A stretch of 64,000 bases of DNA, from assembly GCA_964565905.1 (NCBI GenBank), contig CAZMGU010000001.1:5889-69888 (forward strand). Direction: 5' to 3'. Positions 22,673 through 33,192 of the stretch are shown here, in pieces; within the stretch, counting starts at the first letter, position 1, and every line of letters starts with the position of its first letter. The notes below the pieces were generated by a model. That model did no database searches. It saw only the letters and a list, made by a program, of their open reading frames with translations, and was not told the origin of the DNA. Position numbers and translations under genes: made by a program. The DNA comes from an uncultured Halobacteriales archaeon (GTDB taxonomy: Archaea; Halobacteriota; Halobacteria; Halobacteriales; Haloarculaceae).

Positions 22673-24220
22673 ATGACCGTCGGCGGGACAGCTATCGGCG
22701 TGCGATACGAGAACCCCGTCCTTCCGGGTTTCCACCCGGACCCGACCGTCTGCCGCGCCGGCGAGGACTACTACCTCGCGACGAGCACGTTCGAGTACTT
22801 CCCCGGCGTCCCGCTCTACCACAGCGAGAACCTCGCCGACTGGGAACCCATCGGTCACTGCCTCACGCGCGACGAGCAACTCCCGCTCGACGACGTCGAC
22901 TCCTCGGAGGGCGTCTTCGCGCCGACGCTGCGCCACCACGACGGCACGTTCTATCTCGTGACGACGAACGTCGCCGCGGGCGGGCACTTCGTCGTCACGG
23001 CCGAGGACCCCCGCGGCGAGTGGTCGGACCCAGTCTGGGTCGACGCCCCCGGCTACGACCCGGACCTGTTCTGGGACGACGGCGAGGCGTACTTCACGTA
23101 CGCGAACGACGACGCCGTCCGCCAGACCTCGGTCGACCTCGAAACCGGCGAGACCGGCGTGACCGGCGAGGCGGCGACGATATGGGAGGGGCTGGACGGC
23201 GCGTTCACCGAGGCCCCCCACATCTACGAGGTCGACGGGACGTACTACCTCCTCGCGGCGGAGGGCGGGACCCACACGCAGCACATGGTCTCCGTCGCGC
23301 GCTCGGACGACCCGACCGGCCCGTTCGAGGACCACCCCGACAATCCGATCTTCAGCCACCGCTCGCGCGTGATGCGCCCCATCGCCGCGACCGGCCACGG
23401 CGACTTGGTCCGGGCAAACGACGGCTCCTGGTGGATGACGTTCCTCGGCATCCGCCAGCAGGGCGGGCACGTCCCCTACCACACCCTCGGCCGCGAGACG
23501 TTCCTCGCGCCCGTCACGTGGGAGGACGGGTGGCCCGTCGTCAACGACGGCGACCTCGTCGAACCCGAGATGGACGTCGTGGACACCGAACTGACGGCCG
23601 ACGGCGACCGGTCGTGGACGCGGACGAGCGACCCGTTCGACGGCGACGAACTCGGTCCGGAGTGGAACTACCGGCGCAATCCCGAGCGAGAGCGATACTC
23701 CCTCGAAGAGAACTCGCTCGTCGTCCGCGGCGGACCGGACGCGCTCGACGACTACAACCCGGCGTTCGTCGGTCGACGTCAGCAGCGCCACGACAGTCGG
23801 GCGACCGCCCGTCTCCAGTTCGAACCGGACGGCGACGAGGAGGCCGGACTGACGGTGTTCCGGGATGAGGACCACCACTACGACCTCGCCGTGGTCGACG
23901 ACGGCGACGGCGGCCGCCTGGCACAGGTTCGACTCCGCATCGACGGCCTGTCCGACGTCGTCGGCGAACGGTCGCTGCCCGACGGCGAAGTTACACTGGC
24001 CGTCGAGTCGACCGAGACGGAGTACGCCTTCGCCGCCGGACCCGCGTCGGCCGGGACGGACGAACTCGACGAACTGGCGACGGCCGACGCGCGCTACGTC
24101 TCGACGGAGGTCGCCACGGGCTTCACCGGCGTCTACTACGGGCTCTACGCGACCGGGAACGGGGCGGAGAGCGGGACGCCCGCACGGTTCACCGACTTCG
24201 CCTCCGGACCGTCGGAGTAG
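22673..24220 (+). CDS. GH43 beta-xylosidase/alpha-L-arabinofuranosidase with C-terminal beta-sandwich
   Basis: NPVLPGFHPDPTVCR, TSTFEYFPG, FAP, DPDLF, EAPHIY, AEGGT, GHGD, LGRETFLAPV, GFTG; no signal peptide; start may be GTG 22700. Confidence 0.93.
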   Translation: MTVGGTAIGVRYENPVLPGFHPDPTVCRAGEDYYLATSTFEYFPGVPLYHSENLADWEPIGHCLTRDEQLPLDDVDSSEGVFAPTLRHHDGTFYLVTTNVAAGGHFVVTAEDPRGEWSDPVWVDAPGYDPDLFWDDGEAYFTYANDDAVRQTSVDLETGETGVTGEAATIWEGLDGAFTEAPHIYEVDGTYYLLAAEGGTHTQHMVSVARSDDPTGPFEDHPDNPIFSHRSRVMRPIAATGHGDLVRANDGSWWMTFLGIRQQGGHVPYHTLGRETFLAPVTWEDGWPVVNDGDLVEPEMDVVDTELTADGDRSWTRTSDPFDGDELGPEWNYRRNPERERYSLEENSLVVRGGPDALDDYNPAFVGRRQQRHDSRATARLQFEPDGDEEAGLTVFRDEDHHYDLAVVDDGDGGRLAQVRLRIDGLSDVVGERSLPDGEVTLAVESTETEYAFAAGPASAGTDELDELATADARYVSTEVATGFTGVYYGLYATGNGAESGTPARFTDFASGPSE

Positions 24221-24357
24221 GTACCGATTACCTGCCGGGTGTCCGGAACGGACGGCGCCGGTCACCGGGTAGACCGGTTCTCGCCGGGGGATTCCGGTCG
24301 CTACACGGGACGAGGCGGGCCAGAAGTAAGTGGAAATCGATCGGGAGTAACGTGGGT

Positions 24358-25227
24358 CTAGACGACCGTGACGTCGTTCTCGAGGGTTCCGATCTTCTCG
24401 ATGTCGATGTCGACGTCGTCGCCCTCCTGTAGCGTAAAGGAGTCGTCGGGGACGATGGCCGTCCCGGTGAGCAGGACGCACAGTTCGGGGACCGCGTTGT
24501 GCCGGTTGTAGTAGGAGACCAGGTCCTCGCAGGTCTGGGCCATGTTCGCCGTGGTCGTCGACCCCTCGAACACCTGTTCGCCGTCGCGGTGGATCCGCAT
24601 CGACATCTCCAGGTCGTGGGGGTCGCCGACCTCCTCGGCGGAGGTGACGCAGGGGCCGATCGAACAGCACCGGTCGTATATCTTCGCCTGCGGCAGGTAG
24701 AGCGGGTTCTCGCCCTCGATCGATCGGCTGCTCATGTCGTTGCCGATGGTGTAGCCGACGATTTCGCCGCGGTAGAGGACGACGGCGAGTTCGGGTTCGG
24801 GGACGTCCCACTCGGAGTCGGCGCGGATGCCGACGGCCTCGCCGGGGCCGACGGTCCGGCTCTCGGTGGCCTTGAAGAATATCTCCGGTCGCTCGCTGTT
24901 GTACACCTCGCGGTACATGTCCGGCATCGCGCTCTCGGCCTCCCGGGCCTCCTCGCTGATCTGGTAGGTGACGCCCGCCGCCCAGACCTCGTCCGGCGTG
25001 ACGGGAGTCCCAGCCTGGTCCTCCACGGCGTCCGGGTCGACCTCCTCGGCGTCGGTCACGAGGTTGTCCGCGACCTCGTCGATGGTCCGGTCGGTGATGG
25101 CCGCCGCGCGAACGAGATCCTGGAACGACGTGAGTTCCGGCTTGGCGGTCGTGAGATCGTAGGCCGTCTCGTCGGTCCGAACGACGACGCTGGCGTCCTC
25201 GCCAGCGCCTGCCCGATAATACCTCAT
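24358..25227 (-). CDS. xacE: 2-keto-3-deoxyxylonate dehydratase (FAH family)
   Basis: EVWAAGVTY, RPEIFFKAT, VPEPEL, GNDMSSRSIEGENPLYLPQAK; xylose-pathway context. Confidence 0.88.
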   Translation of the reverse strand: MRYYRAGAGEDASVVVRTDETAYDLTTAKPELTSFQDLVRAAAITDRTIDEVADNLVTDAEEVDPDAVEDQAGTPVTPDEVWAAGVTYQISEEAREAESAMPDMYREVYNSERPEIFFKATESRTVGPGEAVGIRADSEWDVPEPELAVVLYRGEIVGYTIGNDMSSRSIEGENPLYLPQAKIYDRCCSIGPCVTSAEEVGDPHDLEMSMRIHRDGEQVFEGSTTTANMAQTCEDLVSYYNRHNAVPELCVLLTGTAIVPDDSFTLQEGDDVDIDIEKIGTLENDVTVV

Positions 25228-25358
25228 ACGATCGGAAGATAGCCTCCTGGTAAATAGTGTTATCGTAACTCGTGCCGGAGCGTGGCAGGGCCACGCGGGC
25301 GGTTTCGACGCCCAGTTCTGCGTCCGGACCGTGCCCCGTCAGCGGCCGTGACCGATCG

Positions 25359-26324
25359 TCAGCGACCGTCCGCGTCGGCCTGCTCCATGAGCCCCTTCAT
25401 GTAGCCGACCGCGAACAGGCGGCCCATGTCGGTGTAGCCGGCGTGGGCCTCGTCCCGGTCGTCCTCGCCGACCATCTTGGGGACGTGGTCGGGCCGGATC
25501 GGTCCGTCGAACCCGGCGTCCCGGTAGGCCCGCATCGTCGCGAGCATGTCCGTCGGCCCCTCGTCCTGCCAGGTCTCGACGAACGACTCGGCCGTCCCCT
25601 CGACGTCGCGGAAGTGAACGAACTGGATGTCGTCGGCCAGTCGGTCGATGGCCTCGGTGACGTCCTCGCCCATCGCCGCGAAGTTCCCCTGGCAGAAGGT
25701 GACGCCGTGGTTCGGACTCTCGTGCATACCGAGGACCCGCTCGTAGTTCTCCAGCGAGTTGACCAGTCGGGGGACGCCCCGGAGCGACGACACCGGCGGG
25801 TCGTCGGGGTGGAGCGCCATGTCGACCCCCGCCTCCTCCGCGACGGGGACGACCTCGTCGAGGAAGTACTGGAGGTTCTCCCACAGTTCCTCCTCGGTGA
25901 TGCCCGCCTCGGGGTGGTCGCCGGCGCCCGCCATGTCACGGTGGTCGTACCCCGTCGTGAGCGACTCGCCCCGGAGCGGGATGGAGTCGGAGGTGCGCGG
26001 GACGCCGACGGGCAGTTCGGTCCACACCCAGCAGTACACCCCGATGCCGAGTTCGCCCATGTTCCGCAGCAACCGCTTGACGGTCTCTATCTCCTCGTCA
26101 CGTCCCTCCTTCCCGAGGACCGTCTTCTCCATCGGCGGCCGGTCCTCGACCACGTCCAGCGAGAACCCGTGGTCCTCGAACCGGTTCCGCGTGCGCACGA
26201 GGTTGTCGTAGGTCCACCACTCCTCCTGGCCCCAGAACCGGACGACGGCGGTGTCGATGCCCAGTTGCTGCGCCAGCGTCCACCGTCGGTCCGGTTCTGG
26301 CGGCAGCATCACGGTCGTGTCCAT
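25359..26324 (-). CDS. uxuA: Mannonate dehydratase
   Basis: LWENLQYFLDEVVPVAEEAGV, ALHPDDPP, FCQG, HFRDV, RPDHVP, GRLFAVGY; start MDTTVM at 26324. Confidence 0.92.
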   Translation of the reverse strand: MDTTVMLPPEPDRRWTLAQQLGIDTAVVRFWGQEEWWTYDNLVRTRNRFEDHGFSLDVVEDRPPMEKTVLGKEGRDEEIETVKRLLRNMGELGIGVYCWVWTELPVGVPRTSDSIPLRGESLTTGYDHRDMAGAGDHPEAGITEEELWENLQYFLDEVVPVAEEAGVDMALHPDDPPVSSLRGVPRLVNSLENYERVLGMHESPNHGVTFCQGNFAAMGEDVTEAIDRLADDIQFVHFRDVEGTAESFVETWQDEGPTDMLATMRAYRDAGFDGPIRPDHVPKMVGEDDRDEAHAGYTDMGRLFAVGYMKGLMEQADADGR

Positions 26325-26373
26325 GCCCGCGATTCGGACGAGACCGGTCAAATAGCTTTGGCTCTCGGGGCTC

Positions 26374-27543
26374 TCAGGGAGTCAGCACGACCTTGATGCA
26401 GTCGTCCTCCTTCTCGTTGAACTTCCGGTACATCTCCGGGCCGTCCTCCAGCGACGTCTCGTGGGTGATGACGAACGACGGGTCGATGTCGCCCTCCTCT
26501 ATCTTCTCCAGTAGCGGCTGGAGGTAGCGCTGGACGTGCGTCTGTCCGCTCTTCACCGTCAGGGCCTTGTTCATCAGCGACCCGAAGGGGATGCCGTCGA
26601 CGTCACCCGTGTAGACGCCGGGGACGGAGAGCGTGCCGCCCTTGCGACAGCACGTCATCGCCTCGCGGAGGACGTGGGGCCGGTCGTCCTCCATCCCGGC
26701 CCCCTGTTTCACCCGGTCGGTGACGCCGGCGAGGCCCGTCCCGTGGGCCTCCGTCCCGACGGCGTCGATACAGCTATCGGGGCCGCGGTCCCCCGTCATG
26801 TCCATGAGTCGACTGTACACGTCCTCGTCCTCGAAGTCGATTATCTCCGCGTCGCCGTGGTCTCTCGCCATCCGCAGGCGCTCGGGGACGCGGTCGATGG
26901 CGACCACCCGCCCCGCGCCGAGCATCCAGGCGCTCTGGATGGCGAACTGGCCCACCGGGCCACACCCCCAGACGGCGACGACGTCCCCCTCTTCGATGTC
27001 GGCGTTCTCGGCGGCCATGTACCCGGTCGGGAAGATGTCCGAGAGGAAGAGCACCTGCTCGTCGGAGAGGTCCGACTCTATCTTGATCGGGCCGACGTCG
27101 GCGTAGGGCACCCGCAGGAACTCGGCCTGGCCGCCGGCGTAGCCCCCGAGGACGTGCGAGTAGCCGAACAGCCCCGCCGGCGAGTGGCCCATCGCCTTCC
27201 GCGCCAGTTCGGCGTTCGGGTTCGAGTTGTCGCAGAGGGAGTACAGGTCGTTCCGGCAGAACCAGCACGACCCGCAACTGATGGGGAAGGGGACGACGAC
27301 GCGATCCCCCTCCTCCAGCGTGTCGACCTTGCTCCCCGTCTCGACGACTTCCCCCATCGGTTCGTGGCCGAGGACGTCGCCCTCCCGCATCCCCGGCATG
27401 TTGTCGTTGTACAGGTGGAGGTCGGAGCCACAGATGGCGGTGGCCGTTATCTCCACTATCGCGTCGTTCGGGTTCCGTATCTCCGGTCGGGGGACGTCCT
27501 CCACGCGGACGTCCCGCTCGCCGTGCCAGGTGAGCGCTCTCAT
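26374..27543 (-). CDS. Zn-dependent dehydrogenase, glutathione-dependent formaldehyde dehydrogenase-like (YbdR type)
   Basis: [46 protein letters not shown]. Confidence 0.9.
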   Translation of the reverse strand: MRALTWHGERDVRVEDVPRPEIRNPNDAIVEITATAICGSDLHLYNDNMPGMREGDVLGHEPMGEVVETGSKVDTLEEGDRVVVPFPISCGSCWFCRNDLYSLCDNSNPNAELARKAMGHSPAGLFGYSHVLGGYAGGQAEFLRVPYADVGPIKIESDLSDEQVLFLSDIFPTGYMAAENADIEEGDVVAVWGCGPVGQFAIQSAWMLGAGRVVAIDRVPERLRMARDHGDAEIIDFEDEDVYSRLMDMTGDRGPDSCIDAVGTEAHGTGLAGVTDRVKQGAGMEDDRPHVLREAMTCCRKGGTLSVPGVYTGDVDGIPFGSLMNKALTVKSGQTHVQRYLQPLLEKIEEGDIDPSFVITHETSLEDGPEMYRKFNEKEDDCIKVVLTP

Positions 27544-27728
27544 CCGTCCCCTCCGTCGGTCCCGACTGGCTTCGACTCGTGACGCTCGCTCGCGGGGCTG
27601 TCACTCATTGTGGATCCCTCACTAGGGAGGCACGCTCACGACGCGGCTAAAGGTAGACCCTGCGCTCGCAAGAGTCGCCAGACGGCCCGTCCGTCGTGGA
27701 CGAGGGTCACCCCGTCGGGGGACGACGG

Positions 27729-28919
27729 TCACCCCGTCGGCAGTCGTCCCGCACGCGCGAGCGCGGCCATGCTAACCGCGACGACGGCGACGAGGACGGC
27801 GTAGCCCCGGAACACGCCGGTGTAGGTGAGCCCCGTGCCGGCCAGGAGGCCGACGGCCACGCTGCCGGGGGCCTGGATGAGCATCATCACCGCGCTGAAC
27901 CCCGAGTAGGCGCTCGCCCGGTTCTCGTCGGGGAGCGTGTCGAGCATGTAGGCGTCGGCCACCGGGAACAGGCCGTGGACGACGACGCCCATCACGACGG
28001 AGACGGCGGCGACGGCGAGGACGCCCTCGACGGCCGTGAGCGCGAGGAGGCAGACGACGAAGCCGCCGAGCACCGACAGCAGCACCGAGAGGTAGGAGAA
28101 CCGGTCGGCGAGGCGACCGGCGACGACGAAGGAGGGGACGCCGGCGGCGAAGGTGAGCGTCAGGAGGCCGTTGGCAGTGCCGGCCGGGATGTCCTTGGCC
28201 GCGCCGAGGTAGGTGACGTAGAAGTTGAACACGCCCTGCCAGACGAACCCGGTGAAGCCGACGAAGACGACGCCGGCGGCGACGAGGTGCCACTGGGCGA
28301 GGATGCCCGCCAGGAGGTGCCGGTCCGCCGCCCCGGCGTCGGGGAGTTCGGCGCGCCGGACGGCGATGGCGAAGGCGGCCGTCGCGACGAGGGCGAACGC
28401 CGCGAGCGCCCCGAAGGCGACCCGCCAGGACCCGAAGGCAATGGCGGCGGCGACGAGGAACGGCGCCGCCACGGCGGCTATCTGGGAGGACATCCCACGC
28501 AGACCGACGGCGACGCCGACGTGGTCGGGGTAGAGTTCGCTCACGAGCGGGTTGGCCGCGATGAAGAACACGCCAGTCGCGAGGCCGACGAGGAGCGCGC
28601 CGAGGATGGTGAACCCGATGCCCGGCGAGAGCGCCGTGAACCCGGCGGCGGCGACCAGGCTCAGTCCCATCCCGAGGATGACCCGGTGACGGCTGACGAC
28701 CGTCAGCAGGTACCCCGTCGGGAGTCGCGGGAGGGCGCTGCCGACCCAGACGGCCGTCGCCGCGAAGCCAGCGAGTCCGGGGCTGATCCCCTCGCCGATG
28801 AAGAAGTCGACCAGCGGCGCGAACGCGATGCGGCCGAAGTTCACCAGGAACGAGAAGACGCAGATGGTGACGAACACGCCGGTCCGGCCCGCCGGTTTCG
28901 GGGCACCGTCGCTCGTCAT
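27729..28919 (-). CDS. MFS transporter
   Basis: About 12 hydrophobic segments, GRLADRF motif. Confidence 0.88.
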   Translation of the reverse strand: MTSDGAPKPAGRTGVFVTICVFSFLVNFGRIAFAPLVDFFIGEGISPGLAGFAATAVWVGSALPRLPTGYLLTVVSRHRVILGMGLSLVAAAGFTALSPGIGFTILGALLVGLATGVFFIAANPLVSELYPDHVGVAVGLRGMSSQIAAVAAPFLVAAAIAFGSWRVAFGALAAFALVATAAFAIAVRRAELPDAGAADRHLLAGILAQWHLVAAGVVFVGFTGFVWQGVFNFYVTYLGAAKDIPAGTANGLLTLTFAAGVPSFVVAGRLADRFSYLSVLLSVLGGFVVCLLALTAVEGVLAVAAVSVVMGVVVHGLFPVADAYMLDTLPDENRASAYSGFSAVMMLIQAPGSVAVGLLAGTGLTYTGVFRGYAVLVAVVAVSMAALARAGRLPTG

Positions 28920-29182
28920 CGTCGGGAGTCGACGGGAACGCCGCTCGTCTCCCGGTGTGGTCCGTTCGTCGGGCGCACGACGGTTCGGAACGTCCCTGCC
29001 ACGGATACCTGTCGGCGCGTGGGGCGTTTGAACCCCTCGCTTCCGGCCGATAGCGATCGTTCGGCTGTCGTTTTCGTGCTGTCGCCGGTCGCGGTCGAAC
29101 CGGGCGAGGCCGAACGAACCAGGCGAACCGGGCGACCGTCCCGAGGGAAACTTTCTTGCCGGGATCGGTCAAGGGTTCGGAC

Positions 29183-30550
29183 ATGAGTTTCCTCGACGAG
29201 CGCTACCTGCTGGAGACGGACGCCGCCCACGACCTCTATCGATCGATAGCAGACCTTCCGGTGGTCGACCCGCACAACCACATCGACCTGGCGGAGGTCG
29301 TCGAGAACGAGCACTGGTCGGATATCTGGGAGGTCGAGGGTGCGACCGACCACTACGTCTGGCAGTTGATGCGCAAGCGCGGCGTCCCCGAGGAGAAGAT
29401 AACCGGCGACGCCGCCAACCGGGAGAAGTGGAACGCCCTCGCCGAGGTGTTCCCCGACCTGGCGGGCAACCCCACCTACGAGTGGGTCCACCTCGACCTG
29501 AAGCGGCGGTTCGGCATCGACGAGACGATCAGCGCGGAGACGGCCGACGAGATATGGGCGGAGACGAAGGAGCAACTGGGGTCCGACGAGATGCGCCCAC
29601 AGCAGGTCCTCCGCGACATGGACGTCGAGGTGCTGTGCAGCAGCGACGATCCGACCTCGCGACTGGAGTACCACGAGCGCGCCGAGGACGAAGTCGAGGG
29701 CGTCGACGTCCGCCCGACGTGGCGGCCCGACCGCGCGATGAAGATAGAGAACGACGCCTGGACAGACTTCGTCGCCGAACTCGACGACGTCACCGAGAGC
29801 GCCCCCGTCGACCTGGGGGGCTTCCTCGACGCGCTGGAGGAGACCCACGACTACTTCGCGGACCACGGCTGCGTCGCCTGCGACGTCGGAACGGGAACCG
29901 AACCCGTCTCCCGGCCGGTCAGCGACGACCGGGCGGCCGACGTCTACGCCCGGGCCCAGCGCGGGGAGAACCTCTCGGAGTGCGACGTGCGCGACTGGAA
30001 GGCGTACCTGCTGGAGTTCGTCGGCGAACTGAACGCCGAGCGCGACTGGCTCACCCAGTTGCACGTCGGCGCCGTGCGGAGCTACCGCCAGTCGCTGTAC
30101 GACGAACTCGGCCCGAACGCCGGTGGCGACGTCTCGACGCAGGACGTGGACGTCGTCGAGGGGCTCGACTACTTCCTCGACCGCTTCGACGACGAGTTCG
30201 AGATAGTTCTCTACGTGCTCGACCCGAGCCACTACTACGGCGTGGGGACGGTCGCACGCGCCTACCCGAACGTGTCCATCGGCCCTGCCTGGTGGTTCAA
30301 CGACAGCCCCTACGGGATGGAGGACCAGCTGGAGTACGCCGCCTCCGTCGACCTGCTGGCCAACCACGCCGGGATGGTGAGCGACTCGCGCAAACTCGTC
30401 TCCTACGGGTCGCGCTTCGAGATGTTCCGCCGTGTCCTGGCGAACGTCGTCGGGCGGATGGTCGACCGGGGCCAGATTCCCGAGGACAACGCCGAGCGAC
30501 TGGTCGAACACGTCGCCTACGAGCGACCGAAGGAACTGTACGGGTTCTGA
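29183..30550 (+). CDS. uxaC: Uronate (glucuronate) isomerase
   Basis: VVDPHNH, DHYVWQLMR, GNPTYEWVHLDL, QLHVGA, AWWFND, SDSRK, RFEMFRR; start ATG 29183. Confidence 0.93.
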   Translation: MSFLDERYLLETDAAHDLYRSIADLPVVDPHNHIDLAEVVENEHWSDIWEVEGATDHYVWQLMRKRGVPEEKITGDAANREKWNALAEVFPDLAGNPTYEWVHLDLKRRFGIDETISAETADEIWAETKEQLGSDEMRPQQVLRDMDVEVLCSSDDPTSRLEYHERAEDEVEGVDVRPTWRPDRAMKIENDAWTDFVAELDDVTESAPVDLGGFLDALEETHDYFADHGCVACDVGTGTEPVSRPVSDDRAADVYARAQRGENLSECDVRDWKAYLLEFVGELNAERDWLTQLHVGAVRSYRQSLYDELGPNAGGDVSTQDVDVVEGLDYFLDRFDDEFEIVLYVLDPSHYYGVGTVARAYPNVSIGPAWWFNDSPYGMEDQLEYAASVDLLANHAGMVSDSRKLVSYGSRFEMFRRVLANVVGRMVDRGQIPEDNAERLVEHVAYERPKELYGF

Positions 30551-30657
30551 CCCGCGACGCCCGCCGACGGGCGCACCGGCCCGCCGGTCGGGTGGTCCCA
30601 CCGGTCGGTTTCGTCCCAGATGACTACACTTTTGACCGTCGGACGGGACGAATCCGC

Positions 30658-31746
30658 ATGGCAATCGACGAGTACCTCTCGGAGTTCGGCGCACGGGACT
30701 GGCAGGAACTCGAGGAGGGCACGCTCCGTATCGCGATGATCGGACTCGGCTGGTGGACGCTCGAAGAGGCGATGCCGGCGGTCGAGGAGTCGCAGTTCTG
30801 CGAGACGACGGTCGTCGTCAGCGGCGACGAGGAGAAGGCCGGCACCGTCCGCGACGAGAACGGGACGGTCGAGACGGCGCTGACCTACGACCAGTTCATC
30901 GACGGCGAGGGCGTCGAGGACTACGACGCCGTCTACGTCTGTACGCCCAACGCCTTCCACAAGCAGTACGTCGAGGCGGCGGCCGAACACGACAAGGCCG
31001 TCCTCTGCGAGAAACCGCTGGAAGCGGACGTCGAACGCGCCGAGGACCTGGTCGCCGCGGCCGCGGACATCCCGCTGATGACCGCCTACCGGATGCACAC
31101 CGACCCGGACGTCCGGCGGATGCGCGAACTCGTCCGCGAGGGGGCCATCGGCGAACCGGTGGGTATCCAGGGCCACATGACACAGACCATGCTGGAGTTC
31201 GTCTCGGGCAACCCCGACCAGTGGCGGGTCAACCCGGACCTGGCGGGCTACGGCGCGACGGTGATGGACCTGGGCATCTACCCGCTCAACACCGCCCGGT
31301 TCGTCCTCGACGCCGACCCCGTCGCGGCGACGTCGATGATGCGCACCGAACACGAGGCGTTCTCGAAGGTGCCCGACGAGCACGCGACGTTCACCGTCGC
31401 GTACGACGACGGGACGACCGCGTCCTGTACCGTCAGCCAGAACGCGCAGATGACCGGCAGTTTCCGGCTCATCGGCACCGAGGGCGAACTGACGCTCGAC
31501 CCCGTCTTCCTCGGCCAGACGCCCCAGACGTTGACGCTCCGTCGCGGCGACCGGACGACCGAGATAGACTCCGGGCGGCGCGACCTGATGGGGAGCCAGA
31601 TGACGGAGGAGTTCGACTACTTCGCCGACCGCGTCCTCCGCGACGCGCCCATCGGCCCCGACGGCGAGCACGGCTTGCTCGACATGTACGCGCTGGAAGC
31701 GGTGTACGAGGCCGCAGAGCGCGGCGAACGGGTCGACATCGAGTAG
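30658..31746 (+). CDS. xacA: D-xylose 1-dehydrogenase (Gfo/Idh/MocA, Gfo6/XacA type)
   Basis: In-frame C-terminal part of ORF 29428..31746 from ATG 30658: IGLGWWT, TPNAFH, LCEKP, AYRMHTDP, QWR, DLGIYPLNT; directly upstream of xacD. Confidence 0.85.
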   Translation: MAIDEYLSEFGARDWQELEEGTLRIAMIGLGWWTLEEAMPAVEESQFCETTVVVSGDEEKAGTVRDENGTVETALTYDQFIDGEGVEDYDAVYVCTPNAFHKQYVEAAAEHDKAVLCEKPLEADVERAEDLVAAAADIPLMTAYRMHTDPDVRRMRELVREGAIGEPVGIQGHMTQTMLEFVSGNPDQWRVNPDLAGYGATVMDLGIYPLNTARFVLDADPVAATSMMRTEHEAFSKVPDEHATFTVAYDDGTTASCTVSQNAQMTGSFRLIGTEGELTLDPVFLGQTPQTLTLRRGDRTTEIDSGRRDLMGSQMTEEFDYFADRVLRDAPIGPDGEHGLLDMYALEAVYEAAERGERVDIE

Positions 31747-31903
31747 GCGGCGCGACCCGTGTGGACGGAACTCGTCGGTCGACGGAGCCGTCACTCGACG
31801 TCCGATCGCTGGCCGTCTCTATTGTAGCTTCCGGAATCGAATTCCGGCCCCTGAACGGTGCTTCACAACATTTACTACAGTTCCTGCGGACCTTCGAGAT
31901 ACG

Positions 31904-33142
31904 ATGGTTGACCACGACAAGCTCCGCGATCCGAACGCGGAGTACACGATGCGTGACCTGTCGGGCGAGACGATGGGACTCACCAACAGCCGCGGTGGCC
32001 CCCGCGACGTCGAGATCACCGACGTCCAGACGACGATGGTCGACGGGAACTACCCGTGGATCCTCGTTCGCGTCTACACGGACGCCGGCGTCGTCGGCAC
32101 CGGCGAGGCCTACTGGGGCGGCGGCGACACCGCCATCATCGAGCGGATGAAGCCGTTCGTCGTCGGCGAGAACCCGCTGGACATCGACCGGCTCTACGAG
32201 CACCTCGTCCAGAAGATGTCCGGCGAGGGCTCGATCTCCGGCAAGACCATCTCCGCCATCTCCGGCATCGAGATCGCGCTCCACGACGTCGCCGGCAAGA
32301 TCCTCGACGTGCCGGCCTACCAGCTCGTCGGCGGCAAGTACCGCGACGAGGTCCGCGTCTACTGCGACCTCCACACCGAGGACGAGGCGAACCCGCAGGC
32401 CTGCGCCGAGGAGGCCGAGCGCGTCGTCGAGAACCTGGGCTACGACGCCATCAAGTTCGACCTCGACGTCCCCTCCGGCCACGAGAAGGACCGCGCCAAC
32501 CGCCACCTCCGCAACCCCGAGATCGACCACAAGGTCGAGATCGTGAAGGCGACGACCGAGGCCGTCGGCGACCGCGCCGACGTCGCCTTCGACTGCCACT
32601 GGTCCTTCACCGGCGGCTCGGCCAAGCGCCTCGCCGCCGCGCTCGAGGACTACGACGTCTGGTGGCTCGAGGACCCCGTCCCGCCGGAGAACCACGAGGT
32701 CCAGGAGAACGTCACGAAGTCCACGACGACGCCCATCGCCGTCGGGGAGAACGTCTACCGCAAGTACGGCCAGCGCACCCTGCTCGAACCGCAGGCCGTC
32801 GACATCATCGCGCCCGACCTGCCCCGCGTCGGTGGCATGCGCGAGACGCGGAAGATCGCCGACCTCGCGGAGATGTACTACATCCCCGTCGCGATGCACA
32901 ACGTCTCCTCACCCATCGGGACGATGGCCTCGGCGCAGGTCGCCACGGCCATCCCGAACTCGCTCGCGCTCGAGTACCACTCCTACCAGCTCGACTGGTG
33001 GGAGGACCTGGTCGAGGAGGACAACCTCATCGAGGACGGCCGCATGGAGATCCCCGAGGAACCCGGTCTCGGCCTGACCCTGAACCTCGACGCCGTCGAG
33101 GAGCACATGGTCGAGGGCGAGACGCTGTTTGACGAAGCGTAA
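31904..33142 (+). CDS. xacD: D-xylonate dehydratase (enolase/mandelate racemase superfamily)
   Basis: 412 aa; DPNAEYTMRDLS, GEAYWGGG, KFDLD, DCHW, WLEDP, GEN, HNVSSP closely match my recollection of haloarchaeal XacD. Confidence 0.9.
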   Translation: MVDHDKLRDPNAEYTMRDLSGETMGLTNSRGGPRDVEITDVQTTMVDGNYPWILVRVYTDAGVVGTGEAYWGGGDTAIIERMKPFVVGENPLDIDRLYEHLVQKMSGEGSISGKTISAISGIEIALHDVAGKILDVPAYQLVGGKYRDEVRVYCDLHTEDEANPQACAEEAERVVENLGYDAIKFDLDVPSGHEKDRANRHLRNPEIDHKVEIVKATTEAVGDRADVAFDCHWSFTGGSAKRLAAALEDYDVWWLEDPVPPENHEVQENVTKSTTTPIAVGENVYRKYGQRTLLEPQAVDIIAPDLPRVGGMRETRKIADLAEMYYIPVAMHNVSSPIGTMASAQVATAIPNSLALEYHSYQLDWWEDLVEEDNLIEDGRMEIPEEPGLGLTLNLDAVEEHMVEGETLFDEA

Positions 33143-33192
33143 GCTTCGGCAAGCACGCTGAGCTTTGCTCAGCGGTGTTCGACGAAGCGTAG
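33126..33192. repeat. Direct repeat of xacD 3' end flanking a hairpin
   Basis: TGTTTGACGAAGCGTAA (33126-33142) and TGTTCGACGAAGCGTAG (33176-33192) around CGCTGAGC-TTT-GCTCAGCG (33156-33174). Confidence 0.8.

Noticed and set aside
22481-25294. 937-aa minus-strand ORF and many other long Arg/Pro/Ser-rich ORFs (e.g. 3499-5736, 42778-45042, 48460-50832)
   Set aside because: Shadow frames of real genes in high-GC DNA; no motifs and non-halophilic composition. Only the last 33 codons of 22481-25294 are kept.
29428-31746. Apparent 772-aa fusion ORF
   Set aside because: The N-terminal part is an off-frame overlap with uxaC; the real gene starts at ATG 30658.
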